A stretch of DNA of 64,000 nt from Ruminococcus sp. (GTDB taxonomy: Bacteria > Bacillota > Clostridia > Lachnospirales > Lachnospiraceae): NCBI GenBank assembly GCA_050944415.1, contig JBMNRA010000003.1:2243-66242 (forward strand), written 5' to 3'. Below, piece by piece: positions 45,668-55,436 of the stretch. Position 1 is the stretch's first letter. Every line of letters starts with the position of its first letter. The translations under genes were made by a program, and so were the position numbers. Under the pieces are notes generated by a model. It did not search any database and was not told where the DNA came from. It was given only the letters and a program-made list of their open reading frames with translations.

Positions 45668-46980
45668 ACTGCCCTCTCTGCTTTCCGAAAAGCCTCTGAC
45701 AAATCTTCAATAATATCGTCAATATGTTCCGTTCCTATGGACAGCCGAATCGTATTGGGTCTGATTCCCTGCTCTTTAAGTTCCTCTTGGGTGCACTGGC
45801 TGTGGGTAGTCGTTGCCGGATGTATCACAAGGGACTTTACATCAGCCACATTAGCCAGCAGTGAAAACAATTCCAGACTGTCAATAAAGGTTTTTGCCGT
45901 TTTCTCATCTCCCTTTATCTCGAAGGTGAATATGGAACCGCCTCCATTGGGGAAATATTTCTCATACAGCTCTCTCTGCTTTGGATCCCGCGAAACCGAA
46001 GGATGATTTACCTTTTCCACCTGGGGATGACTGTTCAGGAAGTCCACCACTTTCTGCGCATTTTCCACGTGACGCTCCACCCTGAGAGAGAGGGTTTCCA
46101 GTCCCTGCAGCAAAAGAAAGCTGTGAAAAGGAGAAAGCGCCGCTCCAAGATCCCGCAATAAAGTTGCCCGTACTTTTACCGCGAAAGCCACAGACCCTGC
46201 CGCTTTCGTGAAACTGATTCCGTGATAACTGGAAACAGGTTCTGTCAGATCAGGAAATTTACCGGATTTCTCCCAGTCAAATCTGCCTCCGTCTACAATT
46301 ACTCCTCCCAGTGTGGTTCCATGACCGCCGATAAATTTTGTAGCCGAATGCACCACAATATCCGCCCCATATTCTATGGGCCGAACCAGATACGGTGTGG
46401 CAAAGGTATTGTCCACAATCAGAGGAATCCCATGTTCATGCGCCAGCTCTGCCATTTTTTCAATATCCGCTACTTCTGAATTAGGATTTCCAAGAGTCTC
46501 GATAAAAATCGCCTTTGTATTTTCCTGTATTGCCCTGCTTACATTCTCCTCATCGAAAATATTCACAAAAGATGTATGTATCCCGTGCTGAGGCAATGTG
46601 TGCTGCAGAAGATTGAACGTTCCTCCGTACAGATTATTGGCGGCCACAATATGATCTCCTGCATGAGCCACACCCCAAATAGCGTAAGCCACAGCGGCGG
46701 CTCCGGAAGATACCGCCACCGCTGCCTGTCCTCCTTCCAAAGTCCCGATCCTTTCCTCAAATGCTTCTGTGGTAGGATTCGTCAGCCTGCTGTAAATATT
46801 GCCTGAATCTTCCAGACTGAAACGAGCCTGAGCATGATCTGAATTCTCAAATACATAAGATGCCGTCTGATAGATTGGCACTGCTCTTGCTCCGGTTGCA
46901 GGATCCGGCCGCTCCTGACCCGCATGAAGCTGCAGCGTCTCAAATCTGAAGTTTCTTTCTGACCTCTCTGTTTTTTTCAT
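45664..46980 (-). CDS. metY: O-acetylhomoserine/O-acetylserine sulfhydrylase
   Basis: FETLQLHAGQ, YSRLTNPT, HSATKFIGGHG, LANVAD, RLSIG. Confidence 0.9.
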   Translation of the reverse strand: MKKTERSERNFRFETLQLHAGQERPDPATGARAVPIYQTASYVFENSDHAQARFSLEDSGNIYSRLTNPTTEAFEERIGTLEGGQAAVAVSSGAAAVAYAIWGVAHAGDHIVAANNLYGGTFNLLQHTLPQHGIHTSFVNIFDEENVSRAIQENTKAIFIETLGNPNSEVADIEKMAELAHEHGIPLIVDNTFATPYLVRPIEYGADIVVHSATKFIGGHGTTLGGVIVDGGRFDWEKSGKFPDLTEPVSSYHGISFTKAAGSVAFAVKVRATLLRDLGAALSPFHSFLLLQGLETLSLRVERHVENAQKVVDFLNSHPQVEKVNHPSVSRDPKQRELYEKYFPNGGGSIFTFEIKGDEKTAKTFIDSLELFSLLANVADVKSLVIHPATTTHSQCTQEELKEQGIRPNTIRLSIGTEHIDDIIEDLSEAFRKAERAV

Positions 46981-47001
46981 AATAATTCTCCTCTTGTCCG
47001 C

Positions 47002-47934
47002 CTATTCAGTGAATAAAGGTGTGGAATAATACCGGTCACCGCTGTCCGGAAGCACTGCCACGATATTCTTTCCCCTGTTTTCCGGTTTCTTTGCCATCAA
47101 AATAGCGGCGTGAAGCGCTGCACCTGAAGAGATTCCTGTCATAAATCCCTCCTTTTTCATTAACAATCTGGCTGCTGCATACGCTTCGTCACTTTCCACT
47201 TTAATAATCTCATCATATATTTCTGTATTCAGAGTAGACGGCACAAAACCTGCCCCGATCCCCTGAATTTTATGAGGACCGCTTTTTCCCTCAGACAAAA
47301 CGGGGGAATCTGCAGGCTCTACTGCAATCACCTGAAGATCGGGATTTTTCCCTTTCAGATATTCACCGGTTCCGGTAATTGTTCCGCCGGTTCCGACTCC
47401 CGCCACCAAAATGTCCACCTCTCCTTTTGTATCTTCCCAGATCTCAGGTCCTGTGGTTTTCCTGTGAGCGTTGGGATTGGCAGGATTCTCAAACTGTCCT
47501 GGAATATAGCTGCCTTCCGTCTCCTCTGCCAGCATAGCTGCTTTGTCAATGGCACCCTGCATTCCTTTGGATCCATCTGTCAATATTACCTCTGCTCCGT
47601 AGGCCTTTAAAATATTTCTCCGCTCCACACTCATGGTTTCCGGCATAGTAAAGATTACCCGATATCCCTTTGCCGCACCCAGAGCAGCAAGTCCGATACC
47701 CGTATTTCCGGAAGTAGGTTCTATGATCGTATATCCTTTTTTTAACAGTCCCCTGCTTTCAGCATCTGCAATCATCTCCGCGGCGATCCTGTCTTTGATA
47801 CTCCCCGCCGGATTAAAATACTCAAGTTTTGCCAGTATTGTAGCTTCCAGTTTTTCACTTTTTTCCAGATTCTGTAATTCTACCAGCGGTGTATGTCCAA
47901 TCAACTCTTCAATACTTCTGTAAATTTTAGCCAT
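47002..47934 (-). CDS. cysK: Cysteine synthase A
   Basis: NPAGSIKDR, EPTSGNTG, GVGTGGT, HKIQGIG, GISSGA. Confidence 0.95.
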   Translation of the reverse strand: MAKIYRSIEELIGHTPLVELQNLEKSEKLEATILAKLEYFNPAGSIKDRIAAEMIADAESRGLLKKGYTIIEPTSGNTGIGLAALGAAKGYRVIFTMPETMSVERRNILKAYGAEVILTDGSKGMQGAIDKAAMLAEETEGSYIPGQFENPANPNAHRKTTGPEIWEDTKGEVDILVAGVGTGGTITGTGEYLKGKNPDLQVIAVEPADSPVLSEGKSGPHKIQGIGAGFVPSTLNTEIYDEIIKVESDEAYAAARLLMKKEGFMTGISSGAALHAAILMAKKPENRGKNIVAVLPDSGDRYYSTPLFTE

Positions 47935-47952
47935 GGTAATCCTCACTTTCAT

Positions 47953-48018
47953 ATTCATAGTATTTCAATAGGAATTATATGTTTTATGAAATTATACCAT
48001 CCCGAAACGCTTTGTCAA
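47953..48018 (-). promoter_or_regulatory. cysK promoter with downstream candidate Rrf2 operator
   Basis: TTGACA-16-TATAAT (48018..47991); imperfect palindrome ATTCCTATTGAAATACTATGAAT (47953-75). Confidence 0.55.
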
Positions 48019-48020
48019 GA

Positions 48021-48596
48021 CTATAATGATATTAAATGCAAATACTCCTGGCAGTGCTTCATGACAGTTTCCATGTTTTTCAGATCCTTTATCACATTTC
48101 CCGTCTCCAGGGAATGGTTGGCTCCTTCTGTTTCAAAAAGCGGTATATCCATATCATGGCAGCGGTTTCTTACCATTTCCGTTTCCGCCCAGGGATCACT
48201 GGTTCCGTGAAACATAATCTCTCTGCCCTTTCGGGCAAAACGAAAGGTATCTTCCAGCGGCGTAAAATAAATCTGATACGCGTCAATCTCATGATGTCCG
48301 GCATAATCCGCCGCTACAATTGTTCCGATACTTTTTGAAATAAAAAGGATTTTTTCATAAATTTTGAAATCAATCTTCTGCAGAATGTCTTCCGTCTGTG
48401 CCCTTGCACTGAAAAATGCCTCTTCCATCTTTGTTCTGGATCCTTTGATATTCCCTGGAAATCCTCCGTAAGAAACATCCATTATCTGGAAACCTTCTGT
48501 CTTCGCCAGTTTTTTCCCGTAATAAAGCAGCGGTTTATCCGTATGGTATCCCACCCCCGGAAATATTACCGCCAGCCTGCCAAATTCTTTCTCCAT
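48021..48596 (-). CDS. Alpha/beta hydrolase
   Basis: FPGVGY, SKSIG nucleophile elbow, GTSDP, GANHSL. Confidence 0.8.
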   Translation of the reverse strand: MEKEFGRLAVIFPGVGYHTDKPLLYYGKKLAKTEGFQIMDVSYGGFPGNIKGSRTKMEEAFFSARAQTEDILQKIDFKIYEKILFISKSIGTIVAADYAGHHEIDAYQIYFTPLEDTFRFARKGREIMFHGTSDPWAETEMVRNRCHDMDIPLFETEGANHSLETGNVIKDLKNMETVMKHCQEYLHLISL

Positions 48597-48600
48597 ATAC

Positions 48601-49386
48601 TCACTCCCAATGCAGCAGTTCTCTTCTGATTCTTTTGTCAATAATGCCGTTTCCCGCGAAAATGTCTCCCGCTCTGGTTACGTCTACAGGCCTGCCGCTG
48701 TAGTCTGTCACACTGCCCCCCGCTTCCTGCACCAGCAGAACGCCGGCTGCAAAATCCCAGGGATTCAGTCTTTTTTCCAGGTAAGCTTCCAGCCTTCCCG
48801 CGGCCACATACGCCAGATCCAGAGCAGCCGACCCCAAACGGCGAATATCCTCACAGTTCTGAAAAATTACTTTAAATGCTTCAAAATTGTCCTCCGCCAG
48901 TTCCTTAACGTAAGGACTGGTTCCGATGGAAACCAGACTTCGTGAGAAATCATCCGTCTTGCTTACATGAACAGGCTTTCCATTCAGAAAGGCTCCCTTT
49001 CCTTTCTCCGCATAGAAAATCTCATCCGCAAACAGATGGCAGACCACTCCCATTACCAGCTCTTTGCCGGAATAAAGAGCCAGAGAAATGACACTGTTTC
49101 GAAGATCATGAATCAGATTGGAGGTTCCATCCACCGGATCCAGAATCCATACCGGTTTCGTAAAATCAATGTCATCATTATTTTTTTCTTCTCCCATAAA
49201 CTGAATGGAAGGCGCCAGCTCTTTTAACCTTTTTTCTATAAATTTCTGGACATTCATATCTACTTCCGTCACATAATTGGCAAAACCCTTTTCTGCAATT
49301 TTCAATGAATCTTCCCTGTCAATGCAGTTTTTTTTCGCCAACGTGGCTATATCCAGCAAATCTGATATTTTCACTTCCGTTTCCAT
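48601..49386 (-). CDS. Inositol monophosphatase-family protein
   Basis: GEE, WILDPVDGT, RRLGSAAL, WDFAAG. Confidence 0.9.
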   Translation of the reverse strand: METEVKISDLLDIATLAKKNCIDREDSLKIAEKGFANYVTEVDMNVQKFIEKRLKELAPSIQFMGEEKNNDDIDFTKPVWILDPVDGTSNLIHDLRNSVISLALYSGKELVMGVVCHLFADEIFYAEKGKGAFLNGKPVHVSKTDDFSRSLVSIGTSPYVKELAEDNFEAFKVIFQNCEDIRRLGSAALDLAYVAAGRLEAYLEKRLNPWDFAAGVLLVQEAGGSVTDYSGRPVDVTRAGDIFAGNGIIDKRIRRELLHWE

Positions 49387-50501
49387 TGTGTTCCCCTTTC
49401 GTCTTTCCACTCATCTTTTAAAAACTTCAGAATATCCACAGCTTTCGGCGGACAGCCAGGCAGATTTTTTTCAAAACATCCGGTGCATCTGCCCACACCG
49501 ATTTCCCCTTTTTGGCCCTGGTATCCCTGACCTACGGCAATTTTCCCCTTTCGCCCTGTCAGACCTTTCTCCCGGTCCAGACGGTCCAGCGCATAAATCA
49601 AGGAACCGTAACAGGCAGAACAGGCATCTTTTGGCGCCGCATATCCAGCCAACTGTCCAACCCTTCCTTTGCTTTTTCTGTCCGCCTGTCCTTTTTTCTT
49701 ATATCCTTCACGAAGCTGATGAATATTGGCCTTTGAAAGGTCAGTACTGCCCACGCCCATTTGTTCGGCAAGCCGTATATATGCAATGTCTTCCGGGTGA
49801 TATCCCAGCGTTTCCGCTGCAAAACTGTCACACAGCACCGGATCCTTAAAAGCCAGAATCCGATCCATGACTACTGGATTGCCTCCCTCTTCAAAATCCA
49901 GATCTCCGCAGATATTATCTGCCAGGATGAAGTTCTGGCGGATAATGGTATTCAGTCTGGCGATAGGTTCATGGAGTCCCATTGTATGAAATCTTCTTTT
50001 TTCCGTCCCTGGAATCAAACCCTTGCTGTTTTTCAGAGCACAGGTCACCAAAGTCTGACAATGTCCCTTTACCACGGGCATATTAATCAGATATTCAATT
50101 TCCAGAGCTTTCCGGCAAACTGCAATATCCATATTCTCCGCAGTGCAGGCAATAGATGAATCTTTTTGAAGATCCAGGAATTCTACCTGATGGCGATGAC
50201 AAACTTCCAGAATCCCGCTTGCCTTCACCGCCTGGGAAGTACGGTCTCCCACCCAGGAGCTTTCCAGTACAACAATATTATAAAATCCGGCCCCTTTAAG
50301 ATAGGTGAGCACACCGTCTACCAGCTCCGAATGCGTAACAGCACCGCTGGAAGCAGGTTTCGCCAGCACCAGATTGGGTTTCAGTCCAATTCTTCTGCCC
50401 CTGTCACCGATATCTTCCGCCAACCGGCATTTTTCCAGAAGTTCCAGCGTCATCTGCTTATAATCTGTCCCCTGAATCATATAAATATCATTCTTGTTCA
50501 T
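49371..50501 (-). CDS. DUF362-family Fe-S protein
   Basis: LKPNLV, INMPVVKGH, CALKN, C-terminal CSAC...GRC...GCPP; ATG 50501. Confidence 0.8.
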   Translation of the reverse strand: MNKNDIYMIQGTDYKQMTLELLEKCRLAEDIGDRGRRIGLKPNLVLAKPASSGAVTHSELVDGVLTYLKGAGFYNIVVLESSWVGDRTSQAVKASGILEVCHRHQVEFLDLQKDSSIACTAENMDIAVCRKALEIEYLINMPVVKGHCQTLVTCALKNSKGLIPGTEKRRFHTMGLHEPIARLNTIIRQNFILADNICGDLDFEEGGNPVVMDRILAFKDPVLCDSFAAETLGYHPEDIAYIRLAEQMGVGSTDLSKANIHQLREGYKKKGQADRKSKGRVGQLAGYAAPKDACSACYGSLIYALDRLDREKGLTGRKGKIAVGQGYQGQKGEIGVGRCTGCFEKNLPGCPPKAVDILKFLKDEWKDERGTQWKRK

Positions 50502-50521
50502 ATCACTTTTCCTGTTTTTCT

Positions 50522-52285
50522 TTACATAAACCAGAAACCGGTAAAATCGTACTTGATTGTACGGTAGTTCTGCATGGTACACTCGTATGCATACTCCCGG
50601 ATCAGAATGCCCTGTGCATCATATTCTCCGAATACCATTGCAACGCCGCTGTTGACCACCCAATGTCCTTCTTCACCATAAAGCGATCCATTAGATACGA
50701 TGCTGGAATAGGGAACATCAAAAGATGTCTCCAGACTGAATGTTCCTGCATTTTCATCGATTTTGTATACGTAAACCTGACTGGAACTTCCTCCGCCATC
50801 GTACAGATCAGTTCCTACACTGTCCTCCACATCCATTTCAAAATCACGACTGCTAAGCGCCCAGTAATTATTGTTGTACATGGCCAGATAATAGACGCCC
50901 TCTTCTTCGCCCGCTCTGACATATTCCACACAGTGCTGACCATACTGAGGTACGAAATCACCGTCCTGCTCCAGACTTTTTTCAGCGTAAGGAGTCTCTT
51001 CCCAGAATCTCTTATCACCGGCCAGCCAATCGATTTCCAAATTTCCGTGAATATTTTTCAGTTTAATAATAGTTGAAGTTTCTCTTGACGAAACAATCAG
51101 ACTGTCATCCTCAGCCATATATTGCAGGCTGTTCAGGTGGATCCAGTCCCACTCTCCCGCCTGCCAGAACAGAGGATCTGTCGCAGTGATCGGCCGGGTC
51201 ATATCAAAATATCCGGAAAATGGTTCTGTAAAATCAATCAGTTCTGTCACCTCACCACTTTCAATATCCACTGACAGCACCAGATCTTCCACCGTCTCTC
51301 CACCATTTTCTTCAGCCAGCACCAACAGTTCTCCATCCTGTCCAAAACCAATGTCATGATGCATAGTATATCCATTCAGTTCATACACCTGTACTACCTG
51401 ACCCAGGCTGTTTATTCTCGCCAGCTTTCCCGCCGACACACAGGTTATAATATCATCGTCATAAAAAAGCAGACGGTCCATGCCATAGCCTTCCAGTACC
51501 ATCTCGTAACGCATAATTCCACTGTTATCGAAAAAGAATCCATATCCCAGATAACCATTAACTCTCATCATGGCATACAAACCTTCCGATAATTCAGCAT
51601 CCGATTCTCCTTCTGTAGTCTCCAGTCTGACTTCATATTCTGACTGAGGCTGGGGCATATCCACCGTAAAGCTTACCGTCTGACGCACATTTCCCCAGGA
51701 TCCGGTAAGCTCCATGGTTACCTCATTCGTCATACCAGGTACCAGACCGATAATCTGAAACTCATGGATTTTCGTATAATCTGCACCGCTTTCATCCATG
51801 GCAGTCGCAGTATAGTCCGGAATATCCTCATCTTCCACATGAATCGTATAGGTAACCTGCGTCCTTCTGCCCGTCTCAAAATACATATACAACCCATTGC
51901 TTCCCGTCCCGTAAGGATTTAAAATCGCCAGGGGAGTCGTAGGCGTCCAGTCCATTTCATCTTCTTTCAGACTTTCCAGCGCCCCTTCCAGCCTCTCCTG
52001 CACTTCCACATCATAGTAAGTGAACCCTTCTTCTTCGATATCCATAGGTACCAGCTGAAGCGCACGCAATCCATCTCCAAGCTCAGCCTGGGCATATTCC
52101 ACTTGCCACTCATCATTCTGATCTACCGTCTCCCCCGCTTCCATTGCCCAGTCAGTACGCACTGCGGTTTCCTGCGCGGTAAACATTTTCGCCACGCCTA
52201 TTATCACGGCAGGGACGGCAACCGCCAAAACCAGAATAATGATAGCCGCAGCAATCAGCTTTTTCTTATGTTTTTTCAGTTTCAT
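50522..52285 (-). CDS. Aryl-sulfate sulfotransferase (ASST), membrane-anchored
   Basis: N-terminal basic+TM anchor; NPYGT...IIGLVPGMTN Ig-like domain; His motifs MHHD, WIHLNS, GQH; SSRE. Confidence 0.8.
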   Translation of the reverse strand: MKLKKHKKKLIAAAIIILVLAVAVPAVIIGVAKMFTAQETAVRTDWAMEAGETVDQNDEWQVEYAQAELGDGLRALQLVPMDIEEEGFTYYDVEVQERLEGALESLKEDEMDWTPTTPLAILNPYGTGSNGLYMYFETGRRTQVTYTIHVEDEDIPDYTATAMDESGADYTKIHEFQIIGLVPGMTNEVTMELTGSWGNVRQTVSFTVDMPQPQSEYEVRLETTEGESDAELSEGLYAMMRVNGYLGYGFFFDNSGIMRYEMVLEGYGMDRLLFYDDDIITCVSAGKLARINSLGQVVQVYELNGYTMHHDIGFGQDGELLVLAEENGGETVEDLVLSVDIESGEVTELIDFTEPFSGYFDMTRPITATDPLFWQAGEWDWIHLNSLQYMAEDDSLIVSSRETSTIIKLKNIHGNLEIDWLAGDKRFWEETPYAEKSLEQDGDFVPQYGQHCVEYVRAGEEEGVYYLAMYNNNYWALSSRDFEMDVEDSVGTDLYDGGGSSSQVYVYKIDENAGTFSLETSFDVPYSSIVSNGSLYGEEGHWVVNSGVAMVFGEYDAQGILIREYAYECTMQNYRTIKYDFTGFWFM

Positions 52286-52310
52286 CTTTCGTTTCCCCCA
52301 TTTTGAGTTT

Positions 52311-53087
52311 TTATGCATAGGTAATAACTACCAGTATAACGCCAAGCACTGTCAGAATCACACCCACAATACGATTTAATGTTTTGACGGAAGCTTTCGC
52401 AGCAATCTTAGCCGCAATCTGTGCCCAGATTAAAGTAAAGATAACGCACCAGATCAGCAGATCCATCTGGGGCGGCTCACTCAAAAGGAAATGGCTGACC
52501 GCGCCTGTAAGTGCGGAAAAAGTCATAATGAACACACTGGTTCCCACTGCCGTTTTCAGCTCATATCCCAGAACCATCGTCAAAATCAAAAGCATCATCA
52601 TGCCGCCGCCGGCTCCGAAAAATCCGCAGATAGAACCGATCACCCCTCCGCAGACCAGGCTTTTAACCGTCTGTATCCAACGTTTATCACCGGCTATGGT
52701 ATGACGGGTAGAATTCACAGGAAAAATCAGAAACTTAAGTCCCAGCAGCAGCGTCATGACAACTGAAAATCCGCCCAGAGTACTGTTTTCCACAAAAGTA
52801 GAAACCCAGCTTCCTGCCATAGTCATAACCAGCACCCCGATCATCATAACCAATCCGTTTTTGATATCTATACTCTTATTTTTTGCATAAGTGCGGGCAC
52901 TGACGGCACTGGCCAGAACATCACTGGCAAGCGCAATTCCAATAGCGTCATAAGCCGGTACTCCCAGAAAGGTAATCAGCATGGGACTGATAACCGCCGC
53001 CGCACTCATACCGGCAAATCCCGTCCCCAGTCCGGCGCCAACGCCAGCCAGAAAGCAGATCAATATGCGGTACAATATTTCCTCCAT
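52311..53087 (-). CDS. Sulfite exporter TauE/SafE family protein
   Basis: Multi-TM; GLGTGFAG, GFFGAGGG, AVGTS. Confidence 0.85.
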   Translation of the reverse strand: MEEILYRILICFLAGVGAGLGTGFAGMSAAAVISPMLITFLGVPAYDAIGIALASDVLASAVSARTYAKNKSIDIKNGLVMMIGVLVMTMAGSWVSTFVENSTLGGFSVVMTLLLGLKFLIFPVNSTRHTIAGDKRWIQTVKSLVCGGVIGSICGFFGAGGGMMMLLILTMVLGYELKTAVGTSVFIMTFSALTGAVSHFLLSEPPQMDLLIWCVIFTLIWAQIAAKIAAKASVKTLNRIVGVILTVLGVILVVITYA

Positions 53088-53123
53088 TTTTTCTCCCCTT
53101 TTCTTCTGTCTGCTTTTTCAAAT

Positions 53124-53200
53124 AAAAAAGCCGACTGATGGAAGGCTATCTGTATGTCTCTTTACATTCAGATAGTTCATTTCCAACAATCGACTTTTTT
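53124..53200 (-). terminator. Long terminator-like hairpin in the tauE leader
   Basis: AAAAAAGTCGATTG..TTGGAA..CTATCTG..ATGT / ACAT..CAGATAG..TTCCA..CAGTCGGCTTTTTT. Confidence 0.7.
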
Positions 53201-53265
53201 CCCTGTCCCATTTGTCTTCATCAGTGAACTGCATCCTTTGTCATATTTAATATTTTCCATTTTTA

Positions 53266-53294
53266 ATGGTAGCATATGACCTAAAAAGATACAA
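53266..53294 (-). promoter_or_regulatory. Candidate tauE operon promoter
   Basis: TTGTAT-17-TACCAT with extended TG. Confidence 0.55.
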
Positions 53295-53306
53295 GTAAGA
53301 TTTACG

Positions 53307-54017
53307 TCAGCTTCTGATAAATTTTTTAATTTTTTCCACACCATTATTTAATACCAGATCCTCATCAAATCCCACCTGCTCCAGAAGCTGGCAAGCCAAT
53401 GTAAACTCACCTACCCAGGAAGGATCATGAGCATCCGAGCTTACGATCACTGCAGTCCGGTATTTCTGACATAGAGAAAGCATTGTCCGGTAATTTTCAT
53501 AACAGTTCAGGCGTCTGTTTTTCTTTACCAGTGAACTGTTATTTACCTCCAAAGCCACTTTGTACTGTTTTGCAGCCTTCACCAGCATCTCATAATCCAG
53601 CGGATGATGATCATCATCCGGATGGGAAACAAAGTGAACTTTTTCGTTTTTCATACATTCTATGATATTTCGTGTGTTTTTTTCTTTTCCTTCATCCTCA
53701 TAGCATTCTTTGTGAATCCCTACGATGGCATAGTCCAGATGGTCAATATACTTCTGATCCAAAGACAGTCTTCCTCCGTTCAGTACATTAATTTCGCATC
53801 CGTGAATAACTTCAACACCATCAATCTGACGGGGAATCACCTGCAGATTCACAAAGTAAAAGGGGTCTGTTGTTCCGGGTGTTCCCGGCCCGTGTTCACT
53901 GATCCCTATCATCTTTAAATTCTTCTCCCTCGCTGCCTGTACCATTTCTCGTATTGTTCCGTATGCATGTCCGCTGACCAGGGTATGCATATGGATATCT
54001 GCAACCAGTGATTTCAT
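53307..54017 (-). CDS. PHP-family phosphatase (YcdX-like)
   Basis: DIHMHT..SGHAY, SEHGP, GCEIN, SHPD, SSDAH. Confidence 0.9.
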   Translation of the reverse strand: MKSLVADIHMHTLVSGHAYGTIREMVQAAREKNLKMIGISEHGPGTPGTTDPFYFVNLQVIPRQIDGVEVIHGCEINVLNGGRLSLDQKYIDHLDYAIVGIHKECYEDEGKEKNTRNIIECMKNEKVHFVSHPDDDHHPLDYEMLVKAAKQYKVALEVNNSSLVKKNRRLNCYENYRTMLSLCQKYRTAVIVSSDAHDPSWVGEFTLACQLLEQVGFDEDLVLNNGVEKIKKFIRS

Positions 54018-54135
54018 ATGAATTTCCCCTTTCCGCTTCCTTTATCTTCTCTGATTTTATCATATCGTCTCATAACTGAACAGCTGCCAAGATTTAAAAA
54101 AAGAAAAATTTTTCTTTTTTTTAAAGGAAAAAATG

Positions 54136-54210
54136 TGCTATAATAATTCCGCAATGAGTAGCTTTATTTGCGTAAATCCAATTGCGGATTGCAAAGAAGC
54201 TGCTTTTTTT
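54136..54210 (+). promoter_or_regulatory. Extended -10 promoter with terminator/antiterminator leader
   Basis: TGcTATAAT 54136-44; terminator 54157-54210; competing helix 54148-55 with 54181-88. Confidence 0.55.
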
Positions 54211-54246
54211 ATTGCACAAATTATAAAATCTGAGGAGGAAAATTGT

Positions 54247-55428
54247 ATGCAGGATCAACACATTAAGCTGTGGAACAGGAACTTCATCTTAATTATTGTG
54301 ATTAATTTTCTGGTTTTTATCAATCATCTGATGATTCTCTCCACATTTCCATTTTATATTGAATATCTGGGCGGTTCTGAAGCAGTGGCCGGAATTGCCG
54401 CCGCTTTGTTCTCCATTATTGCCGTCGTGTTCCGGCCATTTATCGGCTGGATGCTGGATAACGGCAAGAGAAAGGTAATCCTGATTATCGGATTGTGCGG
54501 CATGGCGCTGATGCCCATAGGTTATCTGGTATTTGCAACCATCTATCTGGCATTCGTATGCCGTATGATACACGGCGCATCCCTGGCATTTTCCAACACT
54601 TCCACATCAACCATCGCTACCGATATCATTCCGAAACCCCGGTTTGCCGAAGGTATGGGAATGTTCGGACTGGCAACGGCTCTGGCAACAGCCGTAGCTC
54701 CGGCGCTTGGTCTGGCGCTTATGGATCACATGGGGTTCACAACTTTATTTGTATTTGCGACAATTTCCATCGTAATCGCATTGATCCTCTTTTTCATGTT
54801 AAAGGCGCCCAAAGTCGAAGTTCAGAAAAAACCGCTGAATCTGAAAGGCCTGATTGATAAGGACGCTCTTCCCGCATCCGTAACCGCACTGGTATTCATG
54901 CTGACCTACGGCGCATTGGAAAACTTTACGGCTAAATTCGCGGCTGAACAGAACCTTCCAAGCGGAGGTATCTTTTTCGCGATTATGGCTGTTGCTCTTT
55001 TGCTGACCAGACTTTTAGCCGGAAAAATAACGGACCGTCATGGCGAAAGCATTTTCGCCTATACCTGCAATGCCGCGATGATGCTCGCTTTTCTCCTGAT
55101 GGGATTATTCCCCAATATAGCCACTTATCTGTTCTCTGCGGTACTGGCCGGATTTGGATTTGGCGGACTGGAACCGGCGCTTCAGTCCATGGCGGTTGCC
55201 ATTGCTCCGCCTGAAAGAAGAGGAAGCGCCAACTCCACCTTTCTCTGTGCATACGACATTGGTATCGGTATCGGCGGCGGAATTGCCGGTGTGCTGATTT
55301 CTTCTTTCGGCTATCATCAGATGTTTGTAATAATGGCCGTATTCAATATATTGTCTATCGTGATCTATGTATTATTCGGAAGGAATCATCCGTCATCCTT
55401 TACTTACCGCAAAAAACACAATATATAA
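54247..55428 (+). CDS. MFS transporter
   Basis: About 12 TM; motif-A-like GWMLDNGKRK and GKITDRHGE; SD GAGGAGG before ATG 54247. Confidence 0.9.
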   Translation: MQDQHIKLWNRNFILIIVINFLVFINHLMILSTFPFYIEYLGGSEAVAGIAAALFSIIAVVFRPFIGWMLDNGKRKVILIIGLCGMALMPIGYLVFATIYLAFVCRMIHGASLAFSNTSTSTIATDIIPKPRFAEGMGMFGLATALATAVAPALGLALMDHMGFTTLFVFATISIVIALILFFMLKAPKVEVQKKPLNLKGLIDKDALPASVTALVFMLTYGALENFTAKFAAEQNLPSGGIFFAIMAVALLLTRLLAGKITDRHGESIFAYTCNAAMMLAFLLMGLFPNIATYLFSAVLAGFGFGGLEPALQSMAVAIAPPERRGSANSTFLCAYDIGIGIGGGIAGVLISSFGYHQMFVIMAVFNILSIVIYVLFGRNHPSSFTYRKKHNI

Positions 55429-55436
55429 ACCGGTTT

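Noticed and set aside
53218-53235. CUGAUGA hammerhead core or fluoride-riboswitch-like GAUGCAGUUCAC
   Set aside because: No stem II closing onto CGAAA for a hammerhead; no pseudoknot partner or CrcB-type gene for a fluoride switch
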